64,000 nucleotides of DNA. Origin: the human T2T-CHM13v2.0 reference genome, Homo sapiens. The DNA lies in assembly GCF_009914755.1 (NCBI RefSeq), contig NC_060939.1, one strand, 5' to 3'. Below the pieces are notes generated by a model. The model ran no database searches and was not told the origin of the DNA. It saw only the letters and a program-made list of their open reading frames with translations. Within the stretch, counting starts at the first letter, position 1; the number at the start of each line of letters is the position of its first letter. The position numbers were made by a program, and so were the translations under genes. Shown here piece after piece: positions 29,850 to 46,200 of the stretch.

Positions 29850-31750
29850 GATCACCTCTCTGCTGTTATGTCTGGGGCACTTCACTGCCACCCCTGCCTC
29901 CACTCCTCAACACCATTCCAAAGCACAGACCCTTTTTTCTTTCTCTTCTTAAAACATGTGCCCATACTCCTGGCTCCTGAAACGCCCACCCAGATTTCCT
30001 GTCACCTCCCTGCCCACTCCATCACTGTCCCCTTCAAGGTTCCACTTCCTCCTCCTGGGGCCACCCTCAAAGAAGCCCCACCCAGGGGTCTGTCCTTGGC
30101 CTTTCTCCCCTCCCTTGCCTCCACCCTGGGAGACAGACCTCTCCCACCCCTAGCCTGCCCCTCCTCCTGCATCCTCAAGCCCCCCACCCTCTGGCTATTG
30201 AGGTCCAGACCACCTCCAGGATGTCCCTTGAGATGCCCTCCCTTCTCTCTCCCTTGTCCTCAGCCCAGATGCTGAAAGGGGCACCAGCTTTCACCCCTCC
30301 TGATTTCATCCAGTCTCAAGCCGTTAGATGCTGTCTGTACTGTCCACACCCAAACAGACGCCTGACTGTCCTCCCTCCCCCAGCCAGGCCTCTCCTCAGC
30401 CGCCCACATGACACTCCACTTGGATGTATAACAAGCATCTCAGCCGTTCCAGCTCCCGCTCCCCACAGCACCCCAACCCGCTTCCCCCACCACCGCATTC
30501 TCCCCACCCCCGGCTGGCAGCTTTCTCCTTCCTGATGCTCAGACCAAAAGCCTTCGAGGCATCCCAGACCCCTCTCCCTCTCCCATCCACTGGCAAACCC
30601 TACTGCTCTAATCTCAAAGGAGACCCAGAGTCAGACTGCCGCCCCCACCCTGGGCCAGGCCCCCATCATTTCTCATCTGGATCATTGCAGGAGCTTCCTA
30701 ATTGGTCTCCCTGCTCCCACCTTTTCACTCCTGCCCCCAGGTGTTCCCAGCACAGTGGCCAGAGCCGTCCTGTTCAGATATGTCACTGGATCGCACCTCT
30801 CCAGTTGACGCTTCCCAATGGCTCCTGTGTCGCTCTCAGGAAAAGCCGGGGAATTATTGCGTGCCCTGGCCTCCTTGCCTGCATCCTCTGCTCTCCTCCC
30901 TGCACCCTCCTCTCTCTGGCTGCACTGCAGAGGCCTCCCCTGGGGTATCAGTTGAGGCAGGCTGGGGTGTGCTGTGGTGACCATCCCTACTCACTGGGCC
31001 TTAAAACAGAGAGGGGCATTTCTCATTCCAGCTTCACGTCATGAGGGTCAGCAGGGAGGGCTACGCTGCATCGTCCTCTCTCATGACCATGTCGGGGACA
31101 TCTGGAGCATCACCTGCTTCCAGGCAGGGTGAAGGGAATGTGGAATCACTCGCTGACTCCTGCATGCTTCAGCTCGGAAGTGGCACGCATCTCTTCCACT
31201 CGTATCTCACTGGCCAAAGCAGATTACACAGCTGGGCCTAACCCCAAATGGAAGAAGTGTAGCCCTTCCCTGTTTCCAGAAGAAGAGACAGGCACTGATG
31301 GACAGGGGTGACAGCCTCCCCGCTGCTGTTCCTCGAACGCGCCAGACACGCCCCAGCCCCGGGCCTTTGCCCTGGCTGTTCCCTCTGCCTGGAGTGCCCT
31401 TCCCCAAACACCTGCACAGCTCGCCCCTCACCTTCTTTCAGTCTTTGTTCAAATGTCACCTTCTTGATGACGCTTTCCCTGACCACCTCACTTAAAACTT
31501 CAGATGTCTCCTGGACACGGGCTGCCAATCCCCCTTACCTTTACTTTAGCTTTCCACGGTTCTAACAGATTACCTAATTACATATTTCTTATGTCTATTA
31601 CTATTGTCTGTTTCCATCAGCTAGAAGGAAAGCCCCTTGAGGGCAGGGGCATTTGTTGGTTTTGGTGACTGATGTAAGCCCAGCTCCCAGGACAGTACCT
31701 GGCACCCAGTAGGCACTCTATACTTTTGCTGCATGAATGAGTGAATGGAT
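29850..31750. mobile_element. Degenerate L2 with an MLT1-like insert (about 30950-31300)
   Basis: Pyrimidine-rich L2 body; L2 3' end GGCACCCAGTAGGCACTC...TGAATGAGTGAATG at about 31700-31750. Boundaries approximate. Confidence 0.55.
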
Positions 31751-32423
31751 TAGGGGCCCCACTCACCACCAGGTCTCGTTCCCACATCCTTCAGAGCTTT
31801 TCAATCTACACTTGAATCCCCAACCCAAACTCGCTGCCTTCCCCAGGCCCTCACTGTTTCTCGTCTGGGTCCCCAACTCATAACAGCCCCTGACTGTCCC
31901 CGGTCTCCAGCAATCCCCTTCCAATCCAACACCGCTGTGAAAGGCAGGATAGCAAGGTGATTCTGGCGTGGGCTCAGGGTCCTTTCTCTGGCTCTGCTGT
32001 TTACCAGCAGTGTGACTTTGGACTGGTTCCTTAACCTTCCTGTGCTCCAGTTCCACATGTTGTGATAATAGCACTTCTCTCATAGGGGTTACAGTGCTGA
32101 GAGGTTTAAATGAGATGCTGCATGCAAAGCACATTATAAATGTGGATTATTGCTTTACACTTGCCAGATCTTGGTACCAGACAAAGGAGATCCGAATCTG
32201 CTGAAAACTGTCCCTTGGCTCCTGGTAGTTTTCAGTTTCTTCTCTGCACCCAGGGGCCCTCCCAAGCTGGTCTCCTTCTCACTTGCCTGGTCTGTCCCTT
32301 CTTGCTCCCGGTCCCACCAAACTCCCCAGGGCCTCCTGAGCCCGTCATGCTGCCTCCTGCCCTGGCCTGGGCATTGGGTGTTTTCTCTACTCTTCACTGA
32401 CTTTTACTTGCTTTCTTACTTAA

Positions 32424-32825
<402 letters not shown>

Positions 32826-35800
32826 TGATGGCTATTAATGTTTTTGATCTTCTGCCATCACAAGTATGCAGCTTGGTGTGTGTGCATCTGTCATATTCGT
32901 TCGGGTGTCTCTGTAAGACAGACTCCTGGAAGTGGGATTACTGGGTCAAAGGTAGCTAGTAAAGCACGACGGGCCTTGCCAGCCCAGTGTGCTCCCCACC
33001 AGACCCAGGATCTAGCCCCAAGTCTGAGTGATGCAGAATTCACGCCCTCACCTCTGTGCCATCCTGCCTCCTTCAGCAGTAGGGCTGGAGCGCATGGTGA
33101 GGGGCCAGTTCTACTTTCTGCCTCAGTCAGGATCGGTCCACTTGAGCGTGATATGTGGGGGCCGAGCCGGGAGGCGTTGGAGCTAGCCGAGGAGATGAGG
33201 CCAGCCCCCAAACACTTCCAGAACACTCTGAGCCTTCATGAAGGCTGCAGGAGGGAGCATGGCCTCTTGCCCACATTCTCCCCACCTGGGATCTTCTCTC
33301 TGGCGGCTGCCTCTGCCTCCCCATCAGCGCCAGAGCAGGACTGGCAGTGGCACCCCAGGCACCAGTGAGCAGGCTACAGGGTCCGTCCCCACCTAGGGCT
33401 GCATGGTCAGACCCCTTGAAGAGGGAATGGCAGAACCTCAAGACCTTGGGTGGAGGGCAGCCCAGGAGAGCCAGCCCCAGGCCATGCCATGGCTCCGTGG
33501 CTCATGTGGGCAGCCCCCCACTGGCCCTCACAGAGGCAGAGCTGAGTCAGCAGCCAGGGTCGGGGTGCCTCTGAGGCCCAGGCCTACTTCACTGGGAGGT
33601 GTCCCTGCACAGAAGTGAGAGGGCTCAGGAGGGGCCTGGCTCTCTGCCTCTGCTGCTTCAGGAAAAGTCCTGCTCCTTGGCTGAGCCCTCAGGGTCCTTC
33701 TCCAGCCCCCTGCCCACCGCCTGCCCTCCGGTCTCCTACACCCCCTCACACTCCAGTCAGTCATGTGGAAATGCTTGCAGTTCTCCACATGGGTTATTCC
33801 ACTGCCTGCCTCCACGCCTCTGACCACGCAGCTCCTTCTTTTCCAGCTAACTCCCACTTGTCCGCAAAGACAATTCAAGAGTCCCTTGGAGCAGCCTGTT
33901 CGCACCTATGCACTCACACAGCACCTTGTTTGTTTAGACCCGCCCAGTGCCTCACAGCAACCCCATCTGGGTTCACTGTCAGAGCTCTGAGCCCACGGGG
34001 CTACTCGTCCCAAAGGCATACAGCATGTCCCAACATCTGACTTCGAAGCTGGGACAGGCCTGGCTCCGGGAGGGACAGAGGCTTCTACCTGGGGTAGCTG
34101 AGCTGTCCAAAGAAGTTTCAGCCATGTCGAGCCCCTGGCGTTGCCGAAATCCCCCACCCCACGGTGCCACAGCACCAGGGCAGCCCCTAGGAAAAGCCAG
34201 CCCCTCAGAGGCCCTGTGCTAAAGACCAGAAATTGCCCCTGGGTCTCCGCAGGAGTTCTGCAATGGGGAAGTGAGCCCTCCTGAGGCCTGGCTGGCAGGA
34301 GGCTCTTCAAGGCCAGCATCATGTGGACTTCCCCCAACCACTCGCGTTTCTGCACAGCAGCCACGGAGACCTGGGGGCTGCTGAAAAACGAGATCAGAAG
34401 GCAACGTCAGCCTGAGTGGGCTGAAACCTGAGATGAGGAAATGAGAAGACGTCAGGGGGCTGGAGGACATGGGTTTGAGGACAGCCAGCACCCAGCACTG
34501 CAGCTGAGGCCTCCTGAGGGAGCCAGAGGGAAAGCAAGTCCCCTCCCTGCGGCCTGAGTCTCTGCCAGTGCCCAGCACTCCCAAAGGATCCACCCCAACC
34601 TGAGAGACCCCAAAGACATTGGAGCAGCCCCAGACACCTCCTCCCAGGGCCACAAAGGCCCCTGACAAGCCCACAGCAGTCCAAGGCCTCCAACTGGAGT
34701 CATCTTTGGTAAATCTGGGGCCCATCAGCACCCACTGCCCTTCCTGGTGCCCTAAGCATGCTGGCAGGGGGACTGGAAACTGCATCCCAGTTTGCAGTGG
34801 GTGTATGTCTCATACACCCACAATACCTGATGTGGGCGTGACTCACCTTGGGGACCTGTGAGTCAATAAGGGTGTATGAGTAAGGGGCAGAGCATTTCAA
34901 CTTAGTCCCATAGCACATGAGCTCACTAAGCAAACATTACCTATGTCTAGATTTGGGGCCAGTCACTACCCACTGGAGGCTGTGGGCTCCAAGGTATGGC
35001 AGCAGGGGAGGCCAGCCAGGCTCTGCCCAGCTTGCCCCTCCTTGTGAGGACGGACCCAGCCAGGCCTCCCGCATCCGCCCTTAGACTGGGGGACCCTGGG
35101 TGGGGGTAGAAAGGGGGACTGAAAGTGGTGTCTGGAGTTAAGCCCATCTCCTCATCCCCCACCATGGGGATCAAGATGGGGGCTAAGAGTCACCCCACCA
35201 CCACCCCAACCCACTCTGAACGCAAAACAGAAGGGGACAAGCAAAACAGAACTGAAACTGGGCAAAGGAGAAACAGGTCTGGGCCCGCCCCAGGGACCTC
35301 TGTATCTCACCCCTTACCCATACACATCCTGACCAGGGCCTCTCCCCCAGCCTGGGAAAACCTTTCAAGCTTGGCCCTCTCTCACCTGGGCTCTCTCAGC
35401 CTCCTGCCCTCCCCCATCTTCCCTGCTCCCAGCCTCATGCTGCCCCAGGCCTCACCCCATCAGAGCTAAAAGGACCCCAGGCTGGGCATCTGTAGATCAG
35501 GGATCTGGTCTCCCTCTGCCACTACCTTTTGGGATGACCTTTGGGAAGTCATTCCCTTCTCTGAGCCACAGTTTCCTCATCTGGCCTGGGCTGTGGGCAT
35601 AGAATCTGCAGGTGAGGGCTCTAATGGGTGAGTTTCAGGCCAGGCTGAGACTTTTCACATTATAACACTGAGGCACCCAGCACCTTGACTACCACTCATC
35701 CTGGGGACTTGGGAAGGGACAGAGGCTGGGATTGGACAGTAACAGCCAAGACCTTCCCAGGGCACAAACGCTGCCTCCCTGAAGCCTGCCCTGACTGTCC

Positions 35801-35969
35801 ATGCAGGTCACTCCCATCACTTCACCTCCTCCTTCCCTCCACTCAGCACCAGCCACCACTGGGTCACATCTATGTCCCTTTGGCTCTGCAAGAGCAGCCT
35901 GGACCCCTGCATCCCCTACCCCAGCACAGGCCTGACACCAAGCAGGGGCTCAACAAAATATGTGTTGAA

Positions 35970-37212
<1,243 letters not shown>

Positions 37213-38234
37213 GGCAACAACAGCCACCCCAGGGACAGGTTTGGAAAGCCAAACTTGTCTGACTGGCTGGGTGGCTTGTCTATTTGTGTGTTTCTTAAAA
37301 CAGCATCCTACAGGAGAACTATTCTTTGCTCAGGGAAACCCCCACCCCCTCACTCCACTCCTACCTCGAGACAAGGCCTCTGAGGAGCAGATGGGAGGAG
37401 AGGGGCTCTGGGGAAACATAGGGGGCATTGCAGTGGGGTGCTGCCCTCTCCTTGGGCAGGTGCCCCCATGATGAGCAGACTCAAGGTCCAGCTACAGTCC
37501 CAGCTCTGGTACAGGTCCTGTCCCTTTCCTCAGTTTCCCCATCTGCAGTCTGCCTCCCGGGGTCTTTCTGAGGTCAGTATGTAGCATGACAGAGCCTGAG
37601 AACTGCCAAACTGCCATGTTCTCTCAGAGACCCCTTTTTGGCATGCATTCCAGATGTGGGACCAGAGGTTGGGAAGTTCTTCCTTTGGTCTGACCACAGT
37701 ATTCCACTTGGAGACAGCAGTGGGAAGAGGCCTTCCACTGAGTCACCCTGACTCAACTTTCATCAGCTTCAGGCCCCCGTGGGGGTCCTTCCCCCACCGG
37801 ATGCTCACTTTGCTGTAATGGGGCAGGATGTGGGTTCCCTGCTGTGGGAGAGCAGCCCCCACAGCAGCTGCTCCCTAAGATGGTTCTGGCAGGAACCAAT
37901 GAGAGGAGAAAGCTGATCCTCAACCCCTGCAGGGGCCCTGCAGCCCAAGCAGAGGGCCTCTCAGCCCACCTCGGTCCCAAGTAGGACAGATTGACAGGTG
38001 ACCTCCCTGTCTCAGAGCCTCAGGGTGTCTTGGAACAAGTGATCCCATCATCTTCCTCTGAGGTCCAAGACTCGGGTGCTAATGGACTCTGTGTAGGGAA
38101 CCCTGGTCACTGGGGCAGACTCTGTCCCAGACCTGATCTTTGCCATTTTGCCAGAGTGGCCCACCTGACTGCTTCTCTCTGCTGTGTGTATCACTTGTAT
38201 TAACCGCGAACCCAGCAAAGAGAGCAGGAGCTTG

Positions 38235-38531
38235 GGCCGGGCACAGTGGCTCACACATGTAATCCCAGCATTCTGGGAGGCTGAAGCAGGTGGATGACTT
38301 GAGGTCAGGAGTTTGAGACAAGCCTGGTCAACATGGTGAAACCCCGTATCTACTAAAAATTAAAAAAAAAAAAAAATTAACCAGGCGTGGTGTAATCCCA
38401 GCTACTCAAGAGGCTGAGGCAAGAGAATCACTCGAACTCGGGAGGCAGAGGTTGCAGTGAGTCAAGATCGTGCCACCGCACTCCAGCCTAGGCAACAGAA
38501 CAAGATCCTATCTCAAAAAAAAAAAAAAAAA
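38235..38531 (+). mobile_element. Alu
   Basis: Dimer with poly-A. Confidence 0.95.
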
Positions 38532-41500
38532 GTAAAAGTAGAACCCCTGTTTCTTGAGGACAAAGATTAGATGCATCTTTTTGTTGTGAAATTTTGGTAA
38601 ACTACTTACTCTTTCTCAGCCTCAGTTCTTTGAACTATGAAATGGAGACAATAGTAATAGTATCAACCTCAAAGGGCTGGTGAGAAAACTAACCAAGACA
38701 ATTCACACAAAGTTTCAGAACAGTCCCGGGCAGGTGCGTGACTTACGCATTTGGCTTTTGTTCACCACTATTACTACTTGCTTATTGAAGCTGAGCCAGG
38801 TGGCTGAGCAATGTCCCTTTCTGGCAAGGAGGGTGGAGGCAAGTGTCACATTTCAGAAAGATCCCTGGGCTCCTGTTGAATCTGTCCCCACACCAAAACA
38901 TGCCCGTGGGGGCTCTAGCTCCTGCCCCAGCAGCGAAAGGGGCTCCTCCTTCTCTGGTGCCCAGTCCTAGCTCACCTGCTCTTCACAAGCCTCCTCCCAG
39001 CACAGCCTGCACCACACAGGTGCTCAGTAAGGGGGTTGCTCTGAACAGGGAGCAGGCCCACATGCTGAGAGTGGTGGAGGCGTGCAGGCTCTGATGACCA
39101 CCTGAACCCAGACTCCAGGGCAGGACAGGTCCTTACAGACCGTAAGGGCTTCCTGCCTACCCTCTTCCCATGCAGTTACCTCAACCCTGGGACACCAGGA
39201 AGGTTGAGCATTCCAGGAAAGCCCCGACCCACCCAGGAAACCCAAGTACCTGGTGGGGCCTCATCTGGCCCATTGTCCTGAAAGGACAGGAATAAAGGCT
39301 CTCTCCTCATGGCCACACACCCTAGGGACGTCCAGCCTCCAGCTTTCTGTGGGTGGGGCAAATGACTGAGGAGGCTTCCCTCCCTGCAGGCGCCTCCCTC
39401 TGGGGCCTCCTGTGGTCCAGTCGTCCCTGGTCCCCAGCTCTCAGGTGGGTCATAGGGCATCTCAGCAGGACCACCAGGAAGAGCATCAGGAGGGGAAGGA
39501 GCCAGAGAGCCCTCCAGGCCAGTGCACTGCTAACTCAACATCTCATCTTCCTATCTCGTCCCTTCTGCTCACCTCCGGAGACTCCCCCTCCCCTCTCATG
39601 CTCTTCACTGGCAGGTTATGATGGCCCAGAGATCCCCACCAGAGTCCCAGATATCAGTGGGGATCCCAGCCTATTCCTCCAAGCTCCCAGTTGCCAGTGA
39701 CAGGGAGGCAGAAACAGCCTGGAAATTAACTGTGGGTTCTCCCTGAGCCTGTGGATACATGGAAAGAGAGCTTCACCACCACCCCCTTCTCTGAATATAC
39801 ATACAGGATCTGAGGAGGGAGGATTCTGTGTGGATGCATGTGTGCACAGATGTGCATGTTTGTACGTGTGTATGGGTGAGCAGGTCATACGTGTGGTCCC
39901 ATGTGCCCACCTGTTGTATATATGCATGCTTGTTTTGTGTAAGTGAGCATAAGAGGTCAAGCCAGAGAGAGAAATAGGAACAAGGAGAGACAGAGAGAGA
40001 GAGAATAGAAACAGAGACCAACAGGGAAACAGAATGAGACTGAGACAGAGAACAACAGAAGGCCAGACAGGTAGACAAGCCACAGTTCCATCTTCCCTGG
40101 TGCTGGCTGCCAAGGCAGACAACTCTCCTCTCACTTCATTGATGTTCTGCCTGTGTTTATACCCATGATTGGGGTGGAGTTCAGGAAAGGATGTATCAGG
40201 GCTAGGACGCCCCCACCTCCACACTCACAGGGCCAGTCAGGGCCCTCTGCAGGGGCTGCCATTTCCTCAAGCTGAGGAATGGGCTTGGATCCCTCGGATG
40301 CCTTCCAGGGTGCAGGGGCGCTCCCAGTGACTGGGCTCTTGTGGTGGCTGGGGAGGGGGAGCTCCTCTGACAGGCCCCATGCTGGGGGAAACGTCCTGAG
40401 ACTGACCTATCACGGGCTGACATGCACACCAAGGAGGTCTCACATCTGCTGGGAAATGAGGGGCTGGTGGAGGTGAGAAAACCTCAAGTTCTAATGCCTT
40501 CCCAACACCTTCACCTCACCTGAGAAGCTTCTAGATTCCACCCACCCCTGTTTCCTTGGGGGAGGGTGTTGTGTGGAGGTGGGAAGAGGCAGGAGTCCAG
40601 GTTCTAGGCCAGGCTCTGAAGGGGCAGGTAGCTCAGAGCAAGAGGCTGGCCTTGCACCTGCTCTGCCTAATGGGACAGTAATGCCCACGATGGCATTCCG
40701 CCTCTGAGGGCTGTGGTGAGGCTGTGGAGAGATGTCAGGGACAAGAAAAGGCCTTGGAAACCAGCTGTGGGAAGAACAGCCCATGAGCTCAGCATTTCCC
40801 CTGGCTTCCCCGAAAGCCGGCCCCCAGGAGAGGAAGGTGACTGTGACTTCTGCCGCCACCACTTCCTGCAGCTGGGACCCTGCTCACTCAGAATGTGGAA
40901 CCGTCATGGGCCAGCAGTGTCACCTGCACACTCACTCCTGCCACCAGGAAACCCTTCTGCAGGGCAGGTCCCCAAGCCCCGTATCTCAGGTTCTGACCAG
41001 GATGTGTCCTCAGCAGTGGTCGCCCGACATTGATGGGAGGGACGGGTCCCAGCTGGGCATCAGGATATGGAGGGTTTCATTCCAGCTCTGCCACCAAGGT
41101 ACTGGTTGCCTCGAGGCATTCCCCTTGCTGGACCTCATTGAGGAGACTTCCTGTATTGCTAAGCAGGCAGGAACCCCAGAAGCTCAGAGCCGGAAGGCAC
41201 CAGGGCTTCCCACAAGATGTGGAGGACCCAAAACAGGGAGACAGGCCCTGGCACCTAAGCGTTCCTTCTGGGCTCTACACAAGGTGTGGGTGGCACCAGA
41301 GCTACTGCAGGCTACTTGATCCAAGGGGCAGTCCTGCTCCACCGTGGGCTGGACGAAGACATCATCTACTCCAGGGCATCCACGCGTGGGGTGGGAGCCA
41401 ACAGACCTGCGGTGCTGCCTTCCAGCTTGGGACTGGCCCCCGTACTCCATCCCGTGCACCCAGCCCTTCCGGCTCACCCCTTCCATGGCATGTTGTGCTC

Positions 41501-42570
41501 TCTCGCACCCCATGCTTTGCATGTGCTGGTTTCATTACCTGCAACACCTTCACCCCACTTGTGTCTGGCTAGCGTCCCCTCCAGAATGGAGAGTGGACAA
41601 AACATGGGGTCTGGAATTCCAGGGGTCAGGGCCCAGGCTGTTAGGAAAGGCAGAGTGTGAAGCAGACCCTCAGCAGGCCTCACAGCAGGGAGTGCTGAGC
41701 TCAGGGTTCTCAGGGGCCAGGATGGGACAGACGCCGAGGAGATGGGGGTCGGTAGCTGGGGCAGATTGTGCAGACAGTCTGGATTGTGGAGGAGCTGCCG
41801 GGCGCAGGGCCCCACTTGGCGCGGGCGGCTGTGGGGGAGGCTGAAACTGCAGACTATTTTTAGGCTCCTGCTGAATTGAGAGATGAGGATGCTCTGGGCT
41901 ACAAGCCCTCATTCGCTGGGGAAAGACTAAGGGGGCCCCAGTTCCCCCGATCTGCCCCCAGAGCTCAAAGTCTCCAGAGCTTCCTCTTTTGTCTCTAGGG
42001 ACCAAGGGCTGGGGTCAGGAAGTGGACTGGAAGTATCCCCAGCACCCTAGATAGGCAAACACCCACAAGAAGTGATTTCCATACCATTTGCACACTGCCC
42101 TGCTTCCTGATCAGAAGGAACGGAAACGTTCCCTTTCAGAAGACCCTCAGCGGAGCAGTGCATTCACCAGAGTCCACTTTCACCTGCCCCACTGGGTATC
42201 AGGAGAGTCCCAGGAGAGCGACACAAGCTCTAAAGTCAGAAAGCACAAACGGGGGTTGTTAGCACTGTGGTGTAGCATCCGCTAGGCTCGGGGTAGCAAA
42301 TAAGTTCCATCTGATCAATTGCTGGTGACTCCTAAGGAGAAATGCTGGTGAGGATCCATTCATTCATTCCACAAATAATTTACTGACCACCTACTGTGTG
42401 CTAGGTGCTACTCTAGGTGCTATGAAATTTAGCTGTGAACAAAAAAAGACAAAATTCCCTGCCCCCGCAGAGCAGATATTCCGTAACAGTGTTGTCCAAC
42501 AGAAATACAATATGAGCCACACACATAATTTAAAATGTTCCAGTAGCCACACTAGATAAAAGTTAAAGAA

Positions 42571-42878
42571 GACCAGGAGCGGTGGCTCACGCCTGTAATC
42601 CCAGCATTTTGGGAGGCCAAGGCGGGCAGATCATTTGAGGTCAGGAGTTGGAGACCAGCCTGGCCAACATGGTGAAACCCCGTCTCTACTGAAAATACAA
42701 ACATTAGCCGGGCGTGGTGGCGGGCGCCTGTAATCTCAGCTACTCGGGAGGCTGAGGTAGGAGAATCGCTTAACCTGGGAGGCGAAGGTTGTGGTGAGCC
42801 AAGGTCCTGCCACTGCACTTCATTCTGTGCTACAGAGCAAGACTCCATCTAAAAAACAAAACAACAACAACAAAAAAA
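42571..42878 (+). mobile_element. Alu
   Basis: Dimer; TSD AAAGTTAAAGAA. Confidence 0.95.
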
Positions 42879-42953
42879 GTTAAAGAAATAGGTGGAATTA
42901 ATTTTTGTATGTTATCTAGCCAAATATATCTTATATCTGAAATATTATCATTT

Positions 42954-43295
<342 letters not shown>

Positions 43296-46200
43296 TAAGG
43301 TCATTTTTTTCATATTATGTTTTCAAAATCCAGTGTGTTGTTTATACTTACAGCACATCTCAATTCAGATGAGCCCTATTTCAAGTGCCCAGTAGCCCCC
43401 AGAGAATGCAAGTTCTGAAGAAAATCACTCATATGAGCTCAGGAAAGGAATGCCACAATTGATCAGCAATGCCTGCTCCAGGCATAGGCTACAGCTGAAT
43501 CAAGCTGCAAGCCATGTGTTTCCCCACCATGATATAGGCTCAGCCCCAAAGGACGTGTTCACCTCTACCTAAGCCCTTCTGAGCTCATTTATTTTGCCCA
43601 ACTTGAAAGAACTGCCAGAGTTCTGGGACCTTGACTTGGTTCGAGTGCAGCGGTTCTGGTGTGAACACCACCCTACAGAAACGCCCCAGCATACTAACAG
43701 GGCCAGCGCCTCCCGAGTGTGGTTCTGTGCTCCTTCCCTTGGTGGGGGCTGACTCATGGCCATTGGTGACCCTGAGAATGTGGATTTTGTTTTTGTTTTT
43801 CTCCCAAGGTCTCTTCCTCCCAGAGTTAACCAATATTGAGATAAAAGTGTTTCCGAGCCAGATTTAGCCATTTCAGCCCCATTCCACTGGCCCAAGCCTA
43901 CAGACCTCCTGTCTGGCACTGTAGCCAGGATGGCTGCACTTTCTTTTCCAGTAAGCAGAAGGCTAAAATTGGACCATTTAAGGAGCTAGAAACACCTGGA
44001 AATGGTGAGGAGTGGGTCTTTGGTGTAAGAGATGGGGTGTAAGAAAACACGGATCTCAGGCTCCCATTATCCTCACCATTATTATCATTATCATCTACCC
44101 CACCCCTGCTCAAAATCCTTCAATTGCTCCCTAGTGTCTGCAGGATAAAGATCTTGCTTTAGTTCCCAGGATCGGGAACTGCTGGAGTCATCCAGTCTCA
44201 CCTCTAGATACTCTCCCTTCTCTCATCTTATTCATTCATTCAGTAAGAATGTCCTGAGCACCTAATATGTGCCAGGCACTGTTCTAGGTACTAGAGATAC
44301 AGCTGTGAACAAAACTGCCAAGGATTTCTGGCTTCATGGAGCTCACTTTACTCCAGCGAGCCCATAACACCCCAGGCCCTCTCACACTCCCAGGCCTTTG
44401 TAAATGCTGTTCCCTCTCCATTCAGTCACTCTCCTCCTGGGGAACTTCTACACATCCTCTAAGGCCCTACTCAAAGCCTTCCCTGAGCACTCCGCTCAAT
44501 GGGTTAGGTTCCTCCTCTGAGCTCCCACCTCCCACCTAGGACCGTCACACGTATGGTCACTGTCCAGCCCACAGCCCTTCCCTACCAGGCTTTAAGTGTC
44601 TCCAGGGCAGGGGCTGTGCCTTCTCCCCCAGGGACCCCAGAGCTTGCTTCCAGGTGCACCCTCCCAAAGATCAGGAGTGAACAGGCTGAGGCATTAGTGT
44701 AGGGGGGATCCAGGATTCCTCTGGAGAATTCCATGTCATTCTGAAATCTTTGCCTGGGAGCATCTTCCTCCTGGCATTCCAGGGGAGGGAATCACAGGAG
44801 CAAATGCAGAGCGGTTCCAGCAAAGGAAGGTAGAAGTCTGAGGAGAGATGGGAAGGGTATGATTTGATGTAGCAGAGAGACAAGAGGACAGCAGCCTTCC
44901 CTCGGGGAGAGAGGATGACAGGACATGTGGATGGGGGATAAACCGTAATGACTCTACATTCCTAAAGTGGGAGGGAGGCAGAACGAAATCTGCAGTTCCC
45001 TGCTGCCTTCCCCAGGAGAGCTGAGCTTTCAGTCTCGTCCCTCTTCCTCCTCCCCAACGAGAATGCACAAGAGAGGGGAGAAGGATGGGCCTGGTTCCTG
45101 CCCCTGGCCTGGCTCTGGTCCCTGGCCTGGCCCTCAAGAAGCCAGTGCTGGGACTGTGGATATCGTGTGGTTATGGCTAGAGCAGATCCTCCCACCACCC
45201 GGGCCCAGCCTAACCGTCCTGCCCACACACCGCCAGCTAGAGGCCTGCTGTGCTGCTTGTCCATTGGGGAAAACAGGGCAGGAGGCTTGTGCCTGGCTGG
45301 CCTCATCCCTGCCAGCTCATTTACATGGAATTTACACGGGCTCATTTCATGCCTTAATGCACACGGCTTCCCTCCCAGCCCAGCCTCTCCTGGTGCCTCC
45401 ACAGAGACAATGGAGTGGGTTCCATCACTCAAATCCCCTGCCATGGACCCATCAGAGCACCAGGAGCATCTCTGGAAAGAGGGAGGCTGCTGAGGCCCAG
45501 AGAGGACAGGGAACTCAGTGGAGACCACCAGCAGCACTCCAGGAGGGACCAAGGCTTAAGCCCACACTTTGTCCACTCGCCGCTCAGACCATTTGGGGCT
45601 GGAATTCACTCCCATCCTTTGCTTTGCCACCAGCCTCCAGCTTGCTGAGCAGGAGCCTGTGAAACCCCCATCCTGATGCCGATGCTTGGCTGTGCACTGG
45701 AATACAGACGGACTGGGACAGACGAGATGTGCAGGAAAGGGTCCACAGAAGCCCAGGTCCAGCCCTGCCTTTTACACAGGAGAGAAATGAGGCTCGGGAA
45801 AGGCGAGGGTCTGCCCAGGACCACAAACGCCAAAAATGGTGGCAGCAGCCCCAGGTCTCTGCCCCAGCTGCCCAGGGCTCTTCTGGGTCCCCCAAACTCC
45901 CAAAGACCCCTGGTCCCATGTACCTGCTGAGACCTTGGTCCCCCAGGGCATGCCGAGTGTTGGGGGAGAAAAGGATGGGGAGAATCCTCAGGAATGGGCT
46001 GGCTATGAGAGTGCAGAGCAAACTGAAGTGGGAGGGAGCACTATGGGTGGGGGCAATTCCAGTCCTGTGGGGTTTGCCAGAGCCAACCAGAAGCTGGGCT
46101 CGGACAGAGAAGTAAACTGCCCCAAGTCTGCCATGGACCCCTCCAGCAGTCACTGCTCAGGAAAAACGCCTAGCAGACCCCAAAGGCCTAGGTCCTTGCC

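Noticed and set aside
44967-45662. 231-aa plus-strand ORF
   Set aside because: Non-ATG start, low-complexity composition, no recognisable homology.
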